A stretch of 64,000 nt of DNA, from IMG/VR virus record IMGVR_UViG_3300021131_000004, one strand, 5' to 3'. The translations under genes were made by a program, and so were the position numbers. How positions within the stretch are numbered: position 1 is the first letter of the stretch; the number at the start of each line of letters is the position of its first letter. The stretch comes from an uncultured virus (IMG/VR IMGVR_UViG_3300021131_000004) (lineage: Duplodnaviria; Heunggongvirae; Uroviricota; Caudoviricetes). A model generated the notes under the pieces. It was not told the DNA's origin and made no database searches. It saw only the letters and a list, made by a program, of their open reading frames with translations. This document shows, one piece after another, positions 1 to 7,563 of this stretch.

Positions 1-8
1 TCCGGACC

Positions 9-92
9 TTTGCCGCTTATTTGCCGCTGAATGGACCGGCCAGACATGCCGGTTATTTGCTTTGCTTTGCCGCTTGTTTGCCATTGCTTTTG
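9..92. repeat. Short TTTGCCGCT / TTTGC repeat cluster in GC-richer non-coding DNA (possible terminus or packaging region)
   Basis: TTTGCCGCT at 9, 20 and 66 plus several TTTGC/TTGC units; no ORF. Confidence 0.55.
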
Positions 93-146
93 CTTATGAA
101 GTATTGAAGGGGCAAATTGAATGAAGGGGGCTACATATATAGATAC

Positions 147-179
147 AAAAAAAGGCTCCGCAGTTGAGAGAGCCTTTTT
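147..179 (-). terminator. Intrinsic terminator ending the leftward unit
   Basis: AAAAAAAGGCTC...GAGCCTTTTT stem with A/T tracts on both sides, downstream of ORF 213..584. Confidence 0.7.
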
Positions 180-195
180 GGTTGAATTAATGGGC

Positions 196-213
196 GGTAC
201 TAAATTTAGTACC
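196..213. promoter_or_regulatory. Perfect 18-bp palindrome, copy 1 (putative operator)
   Basis: GGTACTAAATTTAGTACC, identical to 3084..3101. Confidence 0.6.
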
Positions 214-584
214 TAGCTTTTTGTTGCTAAGTCACGTTTCTCGTATAGCCTTTTTTCGATGCTATCTTCAATAGATCCTTGGCATACAGAATCTCTACCA
301 CTTGAATTACCTGTGCTGAATAAAGTATACACCTTATCAAACATATCTAACCTTGCAGCCATGTGTTGATTCTGCTTACGAAGACTCTTTAGCTCATGCA
401 TAGATCTTTCTAATAAATAAGCATCATGATCATACTTAGGGATTTCATTTCCTGGACCTTCTTTTACTCCTTCATCTAATCTTTTAGCATCAAAAATATC
501 CGGTGACGGAACTGCTTTGATGCTCTTGTCAGATTTTTCATTCGCTACTACCTTCTTTGGAGCAGCCTTCTTTGTTGTTGCCAT
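213..584 (-). CDS. Hypothetical protein with Lys/Ala/Pro-rich N-terminus
   Basis: 123-aa ORF starting MATTKKAAPKK; A-rich leader. Confidence 0.8.
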   Translation of the reverse strand: MATTKKAAPKKVVANEKSDKSIKAVPSPDIFDAKRLDEGVKEGPGNEIPKYDHDAYLLERSMHELKSLRKQNQHMAARLDMFDKVYTLFSTGNSSGRDSVCQGSIEDSIEKRLYEKRDLATKS

Positions 585-607
585 GTTGTTTGTTTTATGT
601 GATTGAA

Positions 608-730
608 TTAATATTTATCGTAGTCAGTATCATCTGAACCTTTTATACCCCATAAAAATAATACTACATAAAAAATTACCCACAATACAAAGGCTACCAA
701 TAAGTAATGATCATGGATGAATTGTTTCAT
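608..730 (-). CDS. Small single-TM membrane peptide (40 aa)
   Basis: Hand-translated MKQFIHDHYLLVAFVLWVIFYVVLFLWGIKGSDDTDYDKY; ATGA overlap with upstream ORF. Confidence 0.55.
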   Translation of the reverse strand: MKQFIHDHYLLVAFVLWVIFYVVLFLWGIKGSDDTDYDKY

Positions 731-903
731 TTCTTTTTTAATTTGTCATAAATAATTATACAAAACTCACCCAATGGAAGTATTGGCCAAAAAATAATCA
801 ACAACACCTCAAACCAATCCTCTGGATGCTCTATCACATTTATCTTGTGACTAGCAATACCTAATAAATAAATTACAGCAAATGAAATGGAAAGAAGTGT
901 CAT
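727..903 (-). CDS. Small membrane protein (58 aa)
   Basis: Hand-translated MTLLSISFAVIYLLGI...LLIIFWPILPLG...KLKKK; two hydrophobic stretches. Confidence 0.55.
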   Translation of the reverse strand: MTLLSISFAVIYLLGIASHKINVIEHPEDWFEVLLIIFWPILPLGEFCIIIYDKLKKK

Positions 904-949
904 GGTTATTTTTATGCGAATCTATGTATAACCATTCGTATAACCAAAA

Positions 950-1126
950 TTAATTTAAAAAAATAAACTTTACTTCTGAATTAAATAAATGCGGAGGGCC
1001 GATTACAAACGGGCAGGGAATGAACCCAACTATATTTACATAAGGACACCACTCAAGCATGTGACCCTTCGGACATCTTATATATCCTGGCTGTCCCTGG
1101 TAGTATAAATAATTGTCGAATTCCAT
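950..1126 (-). CDS. Small hypothetical protein (58 aa, Cys/His-containing)
   Basis: MEFDNYLYYQGQPGYIRCPKGHMLEWCP...; starts just after a TATCTTTA promoter-like box at 1131..1138. Confidence 0.45.
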   Translation of the reverse strand: MEFDNYLYYQGQPGYIRCPKGHMLEWCPYVNIVGFIPCPFVIGPPHLFNSEVKFIFLN

Positions 1127-1140
1127 GACATAAAGATAAT

Positions 1141-1172
1141 AAAAAAGCCACCCTGTTTATTAGGATGGCTTT
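1141..1172 (-). terminator. Intrinsic terminator
   Basis: AAAAAAGCCA...TGGCTTT stem followed by a U-tract on the minus strand, after ORF 1209..1580. Confidence 0.6.
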
Positions 1173-1208
1173 AACTCTAAAAAAATGGAATGGGCTTCTT
1201 AACTGAGA

Positions 1209-1580
1209 TTATAAAGTTACTTCTTCTTTTTGTTCCGGTAAAATATTTTCTTCCTCTTTTTTCTTATCAATGCTATCAAGATGCCTTTGCTTGGCTTCTT
1301 CATAAATTCTAACAGATTGTATGTATATATTAACAGCTTTTTCTCCACCCTTATTATACGCATCCTTCATTTTACGCTCATGATTCAATGGTGTCGGAAC
1401 TCCCTGAACCTGGCGATATGTTTTTAATGGATCTACCTTATCTCCGTTGGATAATTTCGTTACCCCTTGTTTAATTAAATCTGATCCATCAATAGCAGAT
1501 GCCACAGGCTTACTTGTCATAATCTGCGGCATCTGTTGTGCGATTCTTCTGAGCTGCTTTAGCTTTGCTTTCTTTCCCAT
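1209..1580 (-). CDS. Hypothetical phage protein
   Basis: 123-aa ORF, A-rich leader, followed by a terminator. Confidence 0.8.
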   Translation of the reverse strand: MGKKAKLKQLRRIAQQMPQIMTSKPVASAIDGSDLIKQGVTKLSNGDKVDPLKTYRQVQGVPTPLNHERKMKDAYNKGGEKAVNIYIQSVRIYEEAKQRHLDSIDKKKEEENILPEQKEEVTL

Positions 1581-1601
1581 ACAGTTGTTTTTGTAAATTT
1601 A

Positions 1602-1742
1602 TTATTTAGGCTTGGTTATACGAAATTTATTTTCATAGCCAGTTAAATATCCAGTCATGAATAATTGCGTCTCAAGTTTCTTCTTCTTAATATCTGATTT
1701 TATTTTCGATATTAACTTCTTGTCTCCTTTAACATTTTTCAT
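1602..1742 (-). CDS. Small basic hypothetical protein (46 aa)
   Basis: Hand-translated MKNVKGDKKLISKIKSDIKKKKLETQLFMTGYLTGYENKFRITKPK. Confidence 0.4.
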   Translation of the reverse strand: MKNVKGDKKLISKIKSDIKKKKLETQLFMTGYLTGYENKFRITKPK

Positions 1743-1783
1743 TTCGATTTTTTTAGACTGTGGTGGAAGGTTTCTATTTTGTG

Positions 1784-2124
1784 GGTCAGATAGAAATGTT
1801 TACTCCCCTCCCCTCAAAATAGAAGTAAACACTCTATCTGACCTGATTAGACTAGCGGAGCCAAGGATCTAAATGTTTGGGCTGACAGTAGGAAAATGTT
1901 GCATCCTTATTGTCATTTAACAGAAATTATAAACACACACATTTAATCTGTTCTTGGAGAGGTTGCAACCACAGCTTCCCTAGCGTGTGGTTATAATTAG
2001 GTTTGGATATCTAGAGGCATCTTAAAATAAAAAACCACTGCGTCTGAGGTGGAGAACTCTTCGGCAATGGGTTTTTTAGACTTTGGAAATTAGTATCATT
2101 TCGTTCTCCACTCCGTAATGATAC
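1784..2124 (-). ncRNA. Candidate structured non-coding RNA or leader (kissing-loop hairpin pair plus multi-stem domain)
   Basis: No credible ORF; several stems; loops GTGGAGAAC and GTTCTCCAC are exact complements; promoter-like TAACTTTA at 2141..2148. Confidence 0.5.
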
Positions 2125-2185
2125 CGTTCAGTATTTACGTTAAAGTTAGAAATAAAATCGAATTTTCCAAAATTATTTTAAAAAA

Positions 2186-2511
2186 GTGGACTTGAGGGGA
2201 TTCGAACCCCTGTCTCCGTAAGTAATCGTAATACCATTCTTACATGCTTAGTACTGATTTTATCTGCACCGTATTTATGCTTGACTCCACCAATCGGTTT
2301 AAGTCCGATAACTTATGCTTTTGGTCTTTGTACGCTGACCAAGCGGTTGACTAAGCAGCTACTGCTTCTTCAACTGAGGCGAGTGCACCACGAATGATAC
2401 TCGCTCCTACGCTTTGATGATCTACGATCATTGTTTAGGAGTTGTTTGACTCTCCCAAGTCTTGCATGTGATACTACCATTCTCATACGGATCAATTGCC
2501 GTAACAAGCCC
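2186..2511 (-). ncRNA. ssrA: tmRNA
   Basis: 5' GGGCTTG pairs with 3' CAAGTCC-A with G3:U wobble; T-arm GGGGTTCGAATCCCC; CATG boxes of helix 2; internal tag ORF ending EEAVAA-stop (2351..2425); CCA not fully encoded. Confidence 0.93.
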
Positions 2512-2524
2512 ATATTAATTTAAG

Positions 2525-2600
2525 AGGTTAGGGAGTCGATGCAGCCCCTTATCTCTACATCGACTAGGTTGTTCGAGAGGAAAAACCTTTTGCCCTACCT
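2525..2600 (-). ncRNA. Candidate three-way-junction RNA element just upstream of the tmRNA
   Basis: P1 AGGTAGGG/CCCTAACCT, P2 AGGTTTTTC/GAACAACCT, P3 AGTCGATGTAG/CTGCATCGACT (11 bp including one U-G). Confidence 0.45.
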
Positions 2601-2602
2601 AA

Positions 2603-2773
2603 TTACTTCTTCTTTTTTGCCGGAATCGTAGTATACGATTTTGTTCTTTTAGACATAGGTACGGACTTTGTAGTATTTGTTCCCCTGGATTTTAACTGCT
2701 TATCCATTGCAGCTACATACTTATCCTCTCTATCCTTACTCATTGCTCCGGTTTGTTTCTTTGAAGTTGCCAT
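2603..2773 (-). CDS. Small basic protein (56 aa)
   Basis: Hand-translated MATSKKQTGAMSKDREDKYVAAMDKQLKSRG...IPAKKKK; A-rich leader. Confidence 0.65.
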   Translation of the reverse strand: MATSKKQTGAMSKDREDKYVAAMDKQLKSRGTNTTKSVPMSKRTKSYTTIPAKKKK

Positions 2774-2859
2774 GATTTTTTTTATTAAAATTAATAAATT
2801 CTCCTTACACGTAGAAACGTCTGGAGCGAATTAGTAAAAATTAATCTATCGAACTCAAA

Positions 2860-3033
2860 CTATTTTTTCTTAGGATCTACAATGACTATCTCCATACCCT
2901 TACCATAAGCCTCCACCCACTCTCTCACTAATGAAGATAATATACCCTTGTTTTTTACAGCTCGTTTCATAGCCTTCTCGTAAGGAGCATCATCCATCCT
3001 ATAGGCTCTATGCGTTTTTCTTGGTATACTCAT
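2860..3033 (-). CDS. Ribbon-helix-helix-like regulator (57 aa), probably leaderless
   Basis: MSIPRKTHRAYRMDDAPYEKAMKRA...LSSLVREWVEAY has a strand-helix-helix pattern; TATCTTTG box at 3038..3045 favours the 3033 start over 3069. Confidence 0.6.
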   Translation of the reverse strand: MSIPRKTHRAYRMDDAPYEKAMKRAVKNKGILSSLVREWVEAYGKGMEIVIVDPKKK

Positions 3034-3037
3034 GTGA

Positions 3038-3105
3038 CAAAGATAATGGTTATACCTATGTATAAACAAAATATTTTTTGGTTGGTACTAAATTTAGTAC
3101 CTTTG
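3038..3105. promoter_or_regulatory. Divergent Bacteroidota-type promoters with palindromic operator copy 2 (3084..3101)
   Basis: TATCTTTG on minus (3038..3045), TACCTTTG on plus (3098..3105) with upstream TTTG; the palindrome overlaps the plus-strand -7 box. Confidence 0.7.
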
Positions 3106-3122
3106 AATTCAAACTCATTTTC

Positions 3123-3248
3123 ATGAAACAAGTTCTAATCAACATTTATTATACCCTGCTATTTGCATGGTACCTGTTCTGGTTTATGTTCGGACCGATC
3201 ATAGCCTGTGTAGTATTTGGAATCTTAATGGATAAAATATTTAATTAA
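3123..3248 (+). CDS. Small membrane peptide (41 aa), first gene of the early operon
   Basis: MKQVLINIYYTLLFAWYLFWFMFGPIIACVVFGILMDKIFN. Confidence 0.5.
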   Translation: MKQVLINIYYTLLFAWYLFWFMFGPIIACVVFGILMDKIFN

Positions 3249-3254
3249 ATAACC

Positions 3255-3572
3255 ATGAATCATAAAGAAGCATTACAGAAGATAGTAAAAGTATTAACCC
3301 ATAGTGGTAACGTGTATAATACTATTAAAAAAGTAGAAAGGTTAGCCACCGAAGCCCTTCAACCAGAAAGTGAAAGTGAATGGATAAGTGTGGAAGATAG
3401 TAGAAAACCTGAAAACGGAGAACGTATTTTGATTCATTGTAAAGAACTAAACGGTATTCAAGTAACGGGTTATGTTTTCAATGATATTTGGGCTTTACCA
3501 AACTTTGTAAGAAAATGCACCCCCACCCATTGGATGCCACTACCACAAGCACCTAAAACACCTAAAATATAA
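3255..3572 (+). CDS. DUF551-domain phage protein
   Basis: EWISVED..P and PTHWMPLP motifs. Confidence 0.85.
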   Translation: MNHKEALQKIVKVLTHSGNVYNTIKKVERLATEALQPESESEWISVEDSRKPENGERILIHCKELNGIQVTGYVFNDIWALPNFVRKCTPTHWMPLPQAPKTPKI

Positions 3573-3576
3573 TAAC

Positions 3577-4596
3577 ATGGATGAAAGAGATTATCAAGCA
3601 ATGAACAAACAACCTAAATCAGAATCAAGGATGTATTCAGAGGCAGAAGTAATAGATTTTGGTATATGGTTAGGGGAAAAGTATTGGTTTAATCTATCGA
3701 CTTATAAATGGGAGTGTAGAAATGAAGAAGGATTATACGAGGTTCTTGATTCAAAACAATTAATGGAATTATATCGCCAATCCATTCAACCAAAGACAGA
3801 AGCCCTCAAAGAAGGATTTAAACCATGTCCTAATCACCCTGATGTACTTACAAGTCAATGTGGAATTTGTAATGGTGATTTCCCTAAACTAGAACAACCA
3901 AAGACAGAAGAAGGAACATATTGTGACAGGACTATTGAAGGCTTATCTCCTTGTAATGTACAATGTGAGAATTGTAGAAAATTTGAATTTGAAGAACAAC
4001 CTGATACAGTAGAGGTGAAAAAAGTTTTAAATCAATTTTACGATAAGACTACTTGCCAAGTTGTAAATGGGTATCATATTGAAGAATCAGGAGCAGTACA
4101 TAACAAATCAAATACTTTATGTATTGGTTGTATAGGTGCAGATTTAATACCTGTAAAATCATTAGTAGATGCCTATTATTGTCAAGTAAACGAAACAAAA
4201 TACTTGACTTCCCAATCAGTAGAGAAGATGGCAGAGGATGAATTTAAACAATTACATACTTGGTGCTTAAATAACGGTACTTACTTAGATGCAGATGAAA
4301 AGACTATTATATTTTTTGAGGAACAGTTATTTGCCAAGATGAATGAGATAAGAAAGCAAACAGTAGGTGCATTGTTGGAAGGTGAGCATCCTGATGAAAT
4401 CTACCCAAGAGCAGCAAGTTGGTTAGCAGAAAGAAGAAATTGGGCAGCACAAGTAAAAATGCTTGAACAACAAATCGAAGGCTACAAATCTAACAACCAC
4501 TTGGATATAGCTATTGCCCATTATATAAAACTATCAGAAGAAGGGAGTAATCAGGCTTATGTAGTAGCAAAATATTTAAAAACATTAAAACCGTAG
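3577..4596 (+). CDS. Mosaic hypothetical protein with QPKTE-type junction repeats
   Basis: 339-aa ORF; QPKSE, QPKTE, QPKTE and QPDTVE delimit unrelated segments, two of them Cys-rich. Confidence 0.8.
   Translation: MDERDYQAMNKQPKSESRMYSEAEVIDFGIWLGEKYWFNLSTYKWECRNEEGLYEVLDSKQLMELYRQSIQPKTEALKEGFKPCPNHPDVLTSQCGICNGDFPKLEQPKTEEGTYCDRTIEGLSPCNVQCENCRKFEFEEQPDTVEVKKVLNQFYDKTTCQVVNGYHIEESGAVHNKSNTLCIGCIGADLIPVKSLVDAYYCQVNETKYLTSQSVEKMAEDEFKQLHTWCLNNGTYLDADEKTIIFFEEQLFAKMNEIRKQTVGALLEGEHPDEIYPRAASWLAERRNWAAQVKMLEQQIEGYKSNNHLDIAIAHYIKLSEEGSNQAYVVAKYLKTLKP
4179..4208. repeat. 30-bp repeat containing an inverted repeat, copy 1
   Basis: TTGTCAAGTAAACGAAACAAAATACTTGAC, identical at 5599..5628. Confidence 0.85.
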
Positions 4597-4598
4597 AC

Positions 4599-4820
4599 AT
4601 GATAAGAAAAATATTAAAATGGTTATGGATAACCCAAGAAACAGATAATCGGGAACGACATAAAAGAGTAGGTAAAGGGTATAATAAAGCCTATCGTCTG
4701 AATCCTTATAATCCATTAAGCTACTTGCTTATTCCTATTGTATTAGTTGTAGGAGTTATCATGATAGGCTTTGTTGGATTGAAGGAAGAATTACCAAAAA
4801 ATCCTTTTAAGTGGCATTAA
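4599..4820 (+). CDS. Small membrane protein
   Basis: 73 aa; RLNPYNPLSY followed by a TM helix. Confidence 0.75.
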   Translation: MIRKILKWLWITQETDNRERHKRVGKGYNKAYRLNPYNPLSYLLIPIVLVVGVIMIGFVGLKEELPKNPFKWH

Positions 4821-4861
4821 AATATAAACTCGTAGACAGGAGTATCTGAATAACAAAACAC

Positions 4862-5149
4862 ATGGAAACATTAATCGAAAGACTTAATCAAGAAGTCGCA
4901 GAATTAAATGAAAAAGTTCATAAGTTACAAAAGTTCATTAGTTCAGAACAATGGGATTCCGTTGGTTCTGCACAAAAGGGTCTTTTACTATTTCAATTAA
5001 GAGTAATGGGTAATTACTATGAAATTCTTAATCAAAGAATTATTGAAATTAATAGCAACATACCTGAACAAACAGGAGAAAAATTACGCTATACAAATGG
5101 CACATTACAAAAAGATAATAATTACGATTTCAGTACAAAAAACAACTAA
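4862..5149 (+). CDS. Conserved phage coiled-coil protein (crAss001_48-like)
   Basis: ERL..E..EL.EK..KL..FI...LL..Q...M..Y..IL..RI pattern. Confidence 0.7.
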   Translation: METLIERLNQEVAELNEKVHKLQKFISSEQWDSVGSAQKGLLLFQLRVMGNYYEILNQRIIEINSNIPEQTGEKLRYTNGTLQKDNNYDFSTKNN

Positions 5150-5151
5150 TC

Positions 5152-5421
5152 ATGGTAAAGCAATTTAGAAAAAGACCTGTAATTATCGAAGCAGAGCAAT
5201 TCATAGTATGGTTACAAGATAACCCAAAGCCTACTTCAATCAAAGTTAATGGAGTTACCTATCCTGTCTACAAAGATGAAAAAGGCTATCACTTATTTAT
5301 TCCTACTCTTGAAGGGAACATGAGAGCAGATAATTTAGATTGGATTATCAAGGGAGTAAATGGAGAATTTTATCCTTGTAAGCCTGACATCTTTGAAAAA
5401 ACGTATGAGGAAGTTAATTAA
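5152..5421 (+). CDS. Conserved phage protein
   Basis: KRPVIIEA...PTLEG.M.A...DWIIKGVNGEFYPCKPDIFEKTYE motif, widespread in phages. Confidence 0.85.
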   Translation: MVKQFRKRPVIIEAEQFIVWLQDNPKPTSIKVNGVTYPVYKDEKGYHLFIPTLEGNMRADNLDWIIKGVNGEFYPCKPDIFEKTYEEVN

Positions 5422-5429
5422 CCAATCAA

Positions 5430-5463
5430 AGCACACTATCTAATAATGGGTAGTGTGCTATTT
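5430..5463 (+). terminator. Stem-loop, probable terminator
   Basis: AGCACACTA(T)C...GGTAGTGTGCT followed by ATTT. Confidence 0.5.
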
Positions 5464-5598
5464 AAAATTCATGCAAAATGAGATACCTAGAAGGACTTAT
5501 ATCAAATCAGACACAGATTAAAATAATATTCTTTCTTGCAGCACTTTTAATAGCTTGTTGTATATACGCTTTTAAACAAGTGAATAAAGATTAATCAT

Positions 5599-5628
5599 TT
5601 GTCAAGTAAACGAAACAAAATACTTGAC
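5599..5628. repeat. 30-bp repeat containing an inverted repeat, copy 2
   Basis: Identical to 4179..4208; arms GTCAAGTA/TACTTGAC with 12-nt spacer. Confidence 0.85.
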
Positions 5629-5661
5629 ATTTTAAATCCAAGAACTAAAAACAAATAGAAA

Positions 5662-5838
5662 ATGAACATTAATAGATTAAAAGTAGGTCAGGGTGTTTGG
5701 GTGATGAAAGAATATCCAAAGAGATATTTTATAATTATGATAGAAATAGTTCATAATGAAGTTTGGTTAGATGATGGTAATAATTATTCTCCCGATGATT
5801 TATATAGCACTGAATACAGATGCCAACAAGCTAACTAA
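5662..5838 (+). CDS. Small hypothetical protein (58 aa) flanked by 22-bp direct repeats
   Basis: MNINRLKVGQGVWVMKEYP...; AAATCCAAGAACTAAAAACAAA at 5634 and 5842. Confidence 0.6.
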   Translation: MNINRLKVGQGVWVMKEYPKRYFIIMIEIVHNEVWLDDGNNYSPDDLYSTEYRCQQAN

Positions 5839-5866
5839 CCAAAATCCAAGAACTAAAAACAAAACA

Positions 5867-6169
5867 ATGAGCGATATTAAAGACAACACAATAAGCCTTT
5901 TAACAGGGGATTTATTAGAAATACATGAGTATTTAGATACCCTTTGTGTACCAAAAGAAGATAAAATGGGTAGGTACTCTATAATCGGTAGGATAAAACG
6001 TATGCAATCTAGTTTATTAGAAAAACAATCCGAGCTAGAATCCTATTACCTACAAAAAGACGAATTAAATATACTTCTTGAATGGGTAAACGGTTGCATG
6101 GATAACGACTATCCCATTGATGCCAAAGATATTAAATTAAAAATACTTGAATTAAAAATTAAAAAATGA
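5867..6169 (+). CDS. Hypothetical protein
   Basis: Start MSDIKDN after the repeated A-rich leader; track start 5771 overlaps the preceding gene. Confidence 0.7.
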   Translation: MSDIKDNTISLLTGDLLEIHEYLDTLCVPKEDKMGRYSIIGRIKRMQSSLLEKQSELESYYLQKDELNILLEWVNGCMDNDYPIDAKDIKLKILELKIKK

Positions 6170-6411
6170 CACAAAAAACAATAGAATTAATACAAAACGA
6201 ATGTGAATGGGTTGAAGATACAAGTAAACGTGCTTTTTTGGACGGTGCAACCTGTTCTATCAATAATCATAATATTTATAAATCAAATGGATTAATTAGA
6301 ATAGAGGATTTATCCGATTTTTTAAAAAACTATTTGAATAGTTTTTTTTATAAAGATGATGAAAAAGAGGAATTTATAAGAAATTTTATTATAGATATAA
6401 CTAATAACTAA
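6166..6411 (+). CDS. Hypothetical protein
   Basis: 81-aa ORF, ATGA overlap. Confidence 0.7.
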   Translation: MTQKTIELIQNECEWVEDTSKRAFLDGATCSINNHNIYKSNGLIRIEDLSDFLKNYLNSFFYKDDEKEEFIRNFIIDITNN

Positions 6412-6433
6412 CCAAATAAAAAACAAAAGAGTT

Positions 6434-6664
6434 ATGAAAGTAGAATTAGAAAAAATCCGTTTAGCTATATCACCTATTACAGAACAATGCCATGCAGGTA
6501 CAATGAAAACATCAGGTATCTGGGGACATAAAGTAAATGTCCATAATGATTTTATTCATGCAGTTGTAACTTGTTGGGCTGGTAAAAAACAAATAGTTAA
6601 TAACGGTGATGGTTATGAGTACGAAATAAGTGTTGTAAAAAGAAAGATTAAAAAAGATGAGTAA
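6434..6664 (+). CDS. Hypothetical phage protein
   Basis: 76-aa ORF with A-rich leader. Confidence 0.75.
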   Translation: MKVELEKIRLAISPITEQCHAGTMKTSGIWGHKVNVHNDFIHAVVTCWAGKKQIVNNGDGYEYEISVVKRKIKKDE

Positions 6665-6800
6665 TCAACCAACCAAAATAAAAACTCCTGTACTCCTTGA
6701 GTTTAAGTTGAAAGAGGCTGAATCAAAATTGAAGGCAGCTAAACAACAACTTAATGCAACAAAAAAATTATTAGACCAGGTATTAAAACTTTTGAAATGA
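6657..6800 (+). CDS. Small coiled-coil protein (47 aa)
   Basis: MSNQPTKIKTPVLLEFKLKEAESKLKAAKQQLNATKKLLDQVLKLLK; overlaps upstream stop. Confidence 0.55.
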   Translation: MSNQPTKIKTPVLLEFKLKEAESKLKAAKQQLNATKKLLDQVLKLLK

Positions 6801-6917
6801 AAAAAATTATTGACTTTATAATAACACAGTTTATTTTAAATTTTGCAGTTTTTTTTCCTCTTATTGTTATAGGAATAATAATTTTTATTATGTCACTATT
6901 TTTAAAATAAACAAGAA

Positions 6918-7235
6918 ATGAAGACTGAAGTAAAAAAAATATTGCAGGATCTTAAAGAGAAAAAAATTGCAGTAAGTAAAATTGAAAGTGATTTAAAAAT
7001 ATCTTCCGGCTATTTATGGAAAGTAAAAGAAGGTATCAAAAATCTTAGTGATGATAAATTTGAAGAACTGAAAAAGTATCATGCAAAAATTACTGGAACA
7101 ATATTTATTCCAACAAGAAAAAAAGTAAAGACTTATAATCATGTAGAAGAAATTGTTAAGCAGGTAAATAAACCAGTAATGCCTAAAGGATTGTCATTAT
7201 CACAACAGCTAGAATGGAGAGAAAAAAATGCTTAA
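6918..7235 (+). CDS. XRE/Cro-like HTH protein
   Basis: IAVSKIESDLKISSGYLWKVKEG HTH pattern. Confidence 0.65.
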   Translation: MKTEVKKILQDLKEKKIAVSKIESDLKISSGYLWKVKEGIKNLSDDKFEELKKYHAKITGTIFIPTRKKVKTYNHVEEIVKQVNKPVMPKGLSLSQQLEWREKNA

Positions 7236-7360
7236 TAAAGAACTCATTTATGAACTCCTAAAAATACTAGGATATATGGTGGTAGAAAAAGCTGATGGAA
7301 CTACCACCACTTGGGCCTGGGATTCCGATAAAAATAAACCTGTTAGAATAAAATAAAATA

Positions 7361-7395
7361 CCCCGATTGGAGATTATCCTTTCGGGGCTTTTTTT
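7361..7395 (+). terminator. Terminator between convergent early and replication units
   Basis: CCCCGA...TCGGGG stem plus T7 tract; A-rich on the other side. Confidence 0.75.
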
Positions 7396-7563
7396 GGCGG
7401 TTTTCTCTAAAATTACAAATTCAGGTGTCTTAAAAACTTAAAATTGCCGATTCTTGCCTAGTTTTTGCCTTCAAATTTCGATTATATACCCAAGTGCTGT
7501 ACAAAGTTGTATTGAATGTCGAGTTAAGGGATTCTTGATACCTTATTTTAAATATTAAATAAT

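Noticed and set aside
1657..1872. 71-aa plus-strand ORF
   Set aside because: Opposite to local transcription, Phe-rich shadow of a minus-strand basic ORF, and overlaps the structured region
2186..2215. tRNA gene suggested by the GGTTCGAATCC T-arm
   Set aside because: The matching acceptor strand is about 325 nt away and encloses a tag ORF, so this is tmRNA
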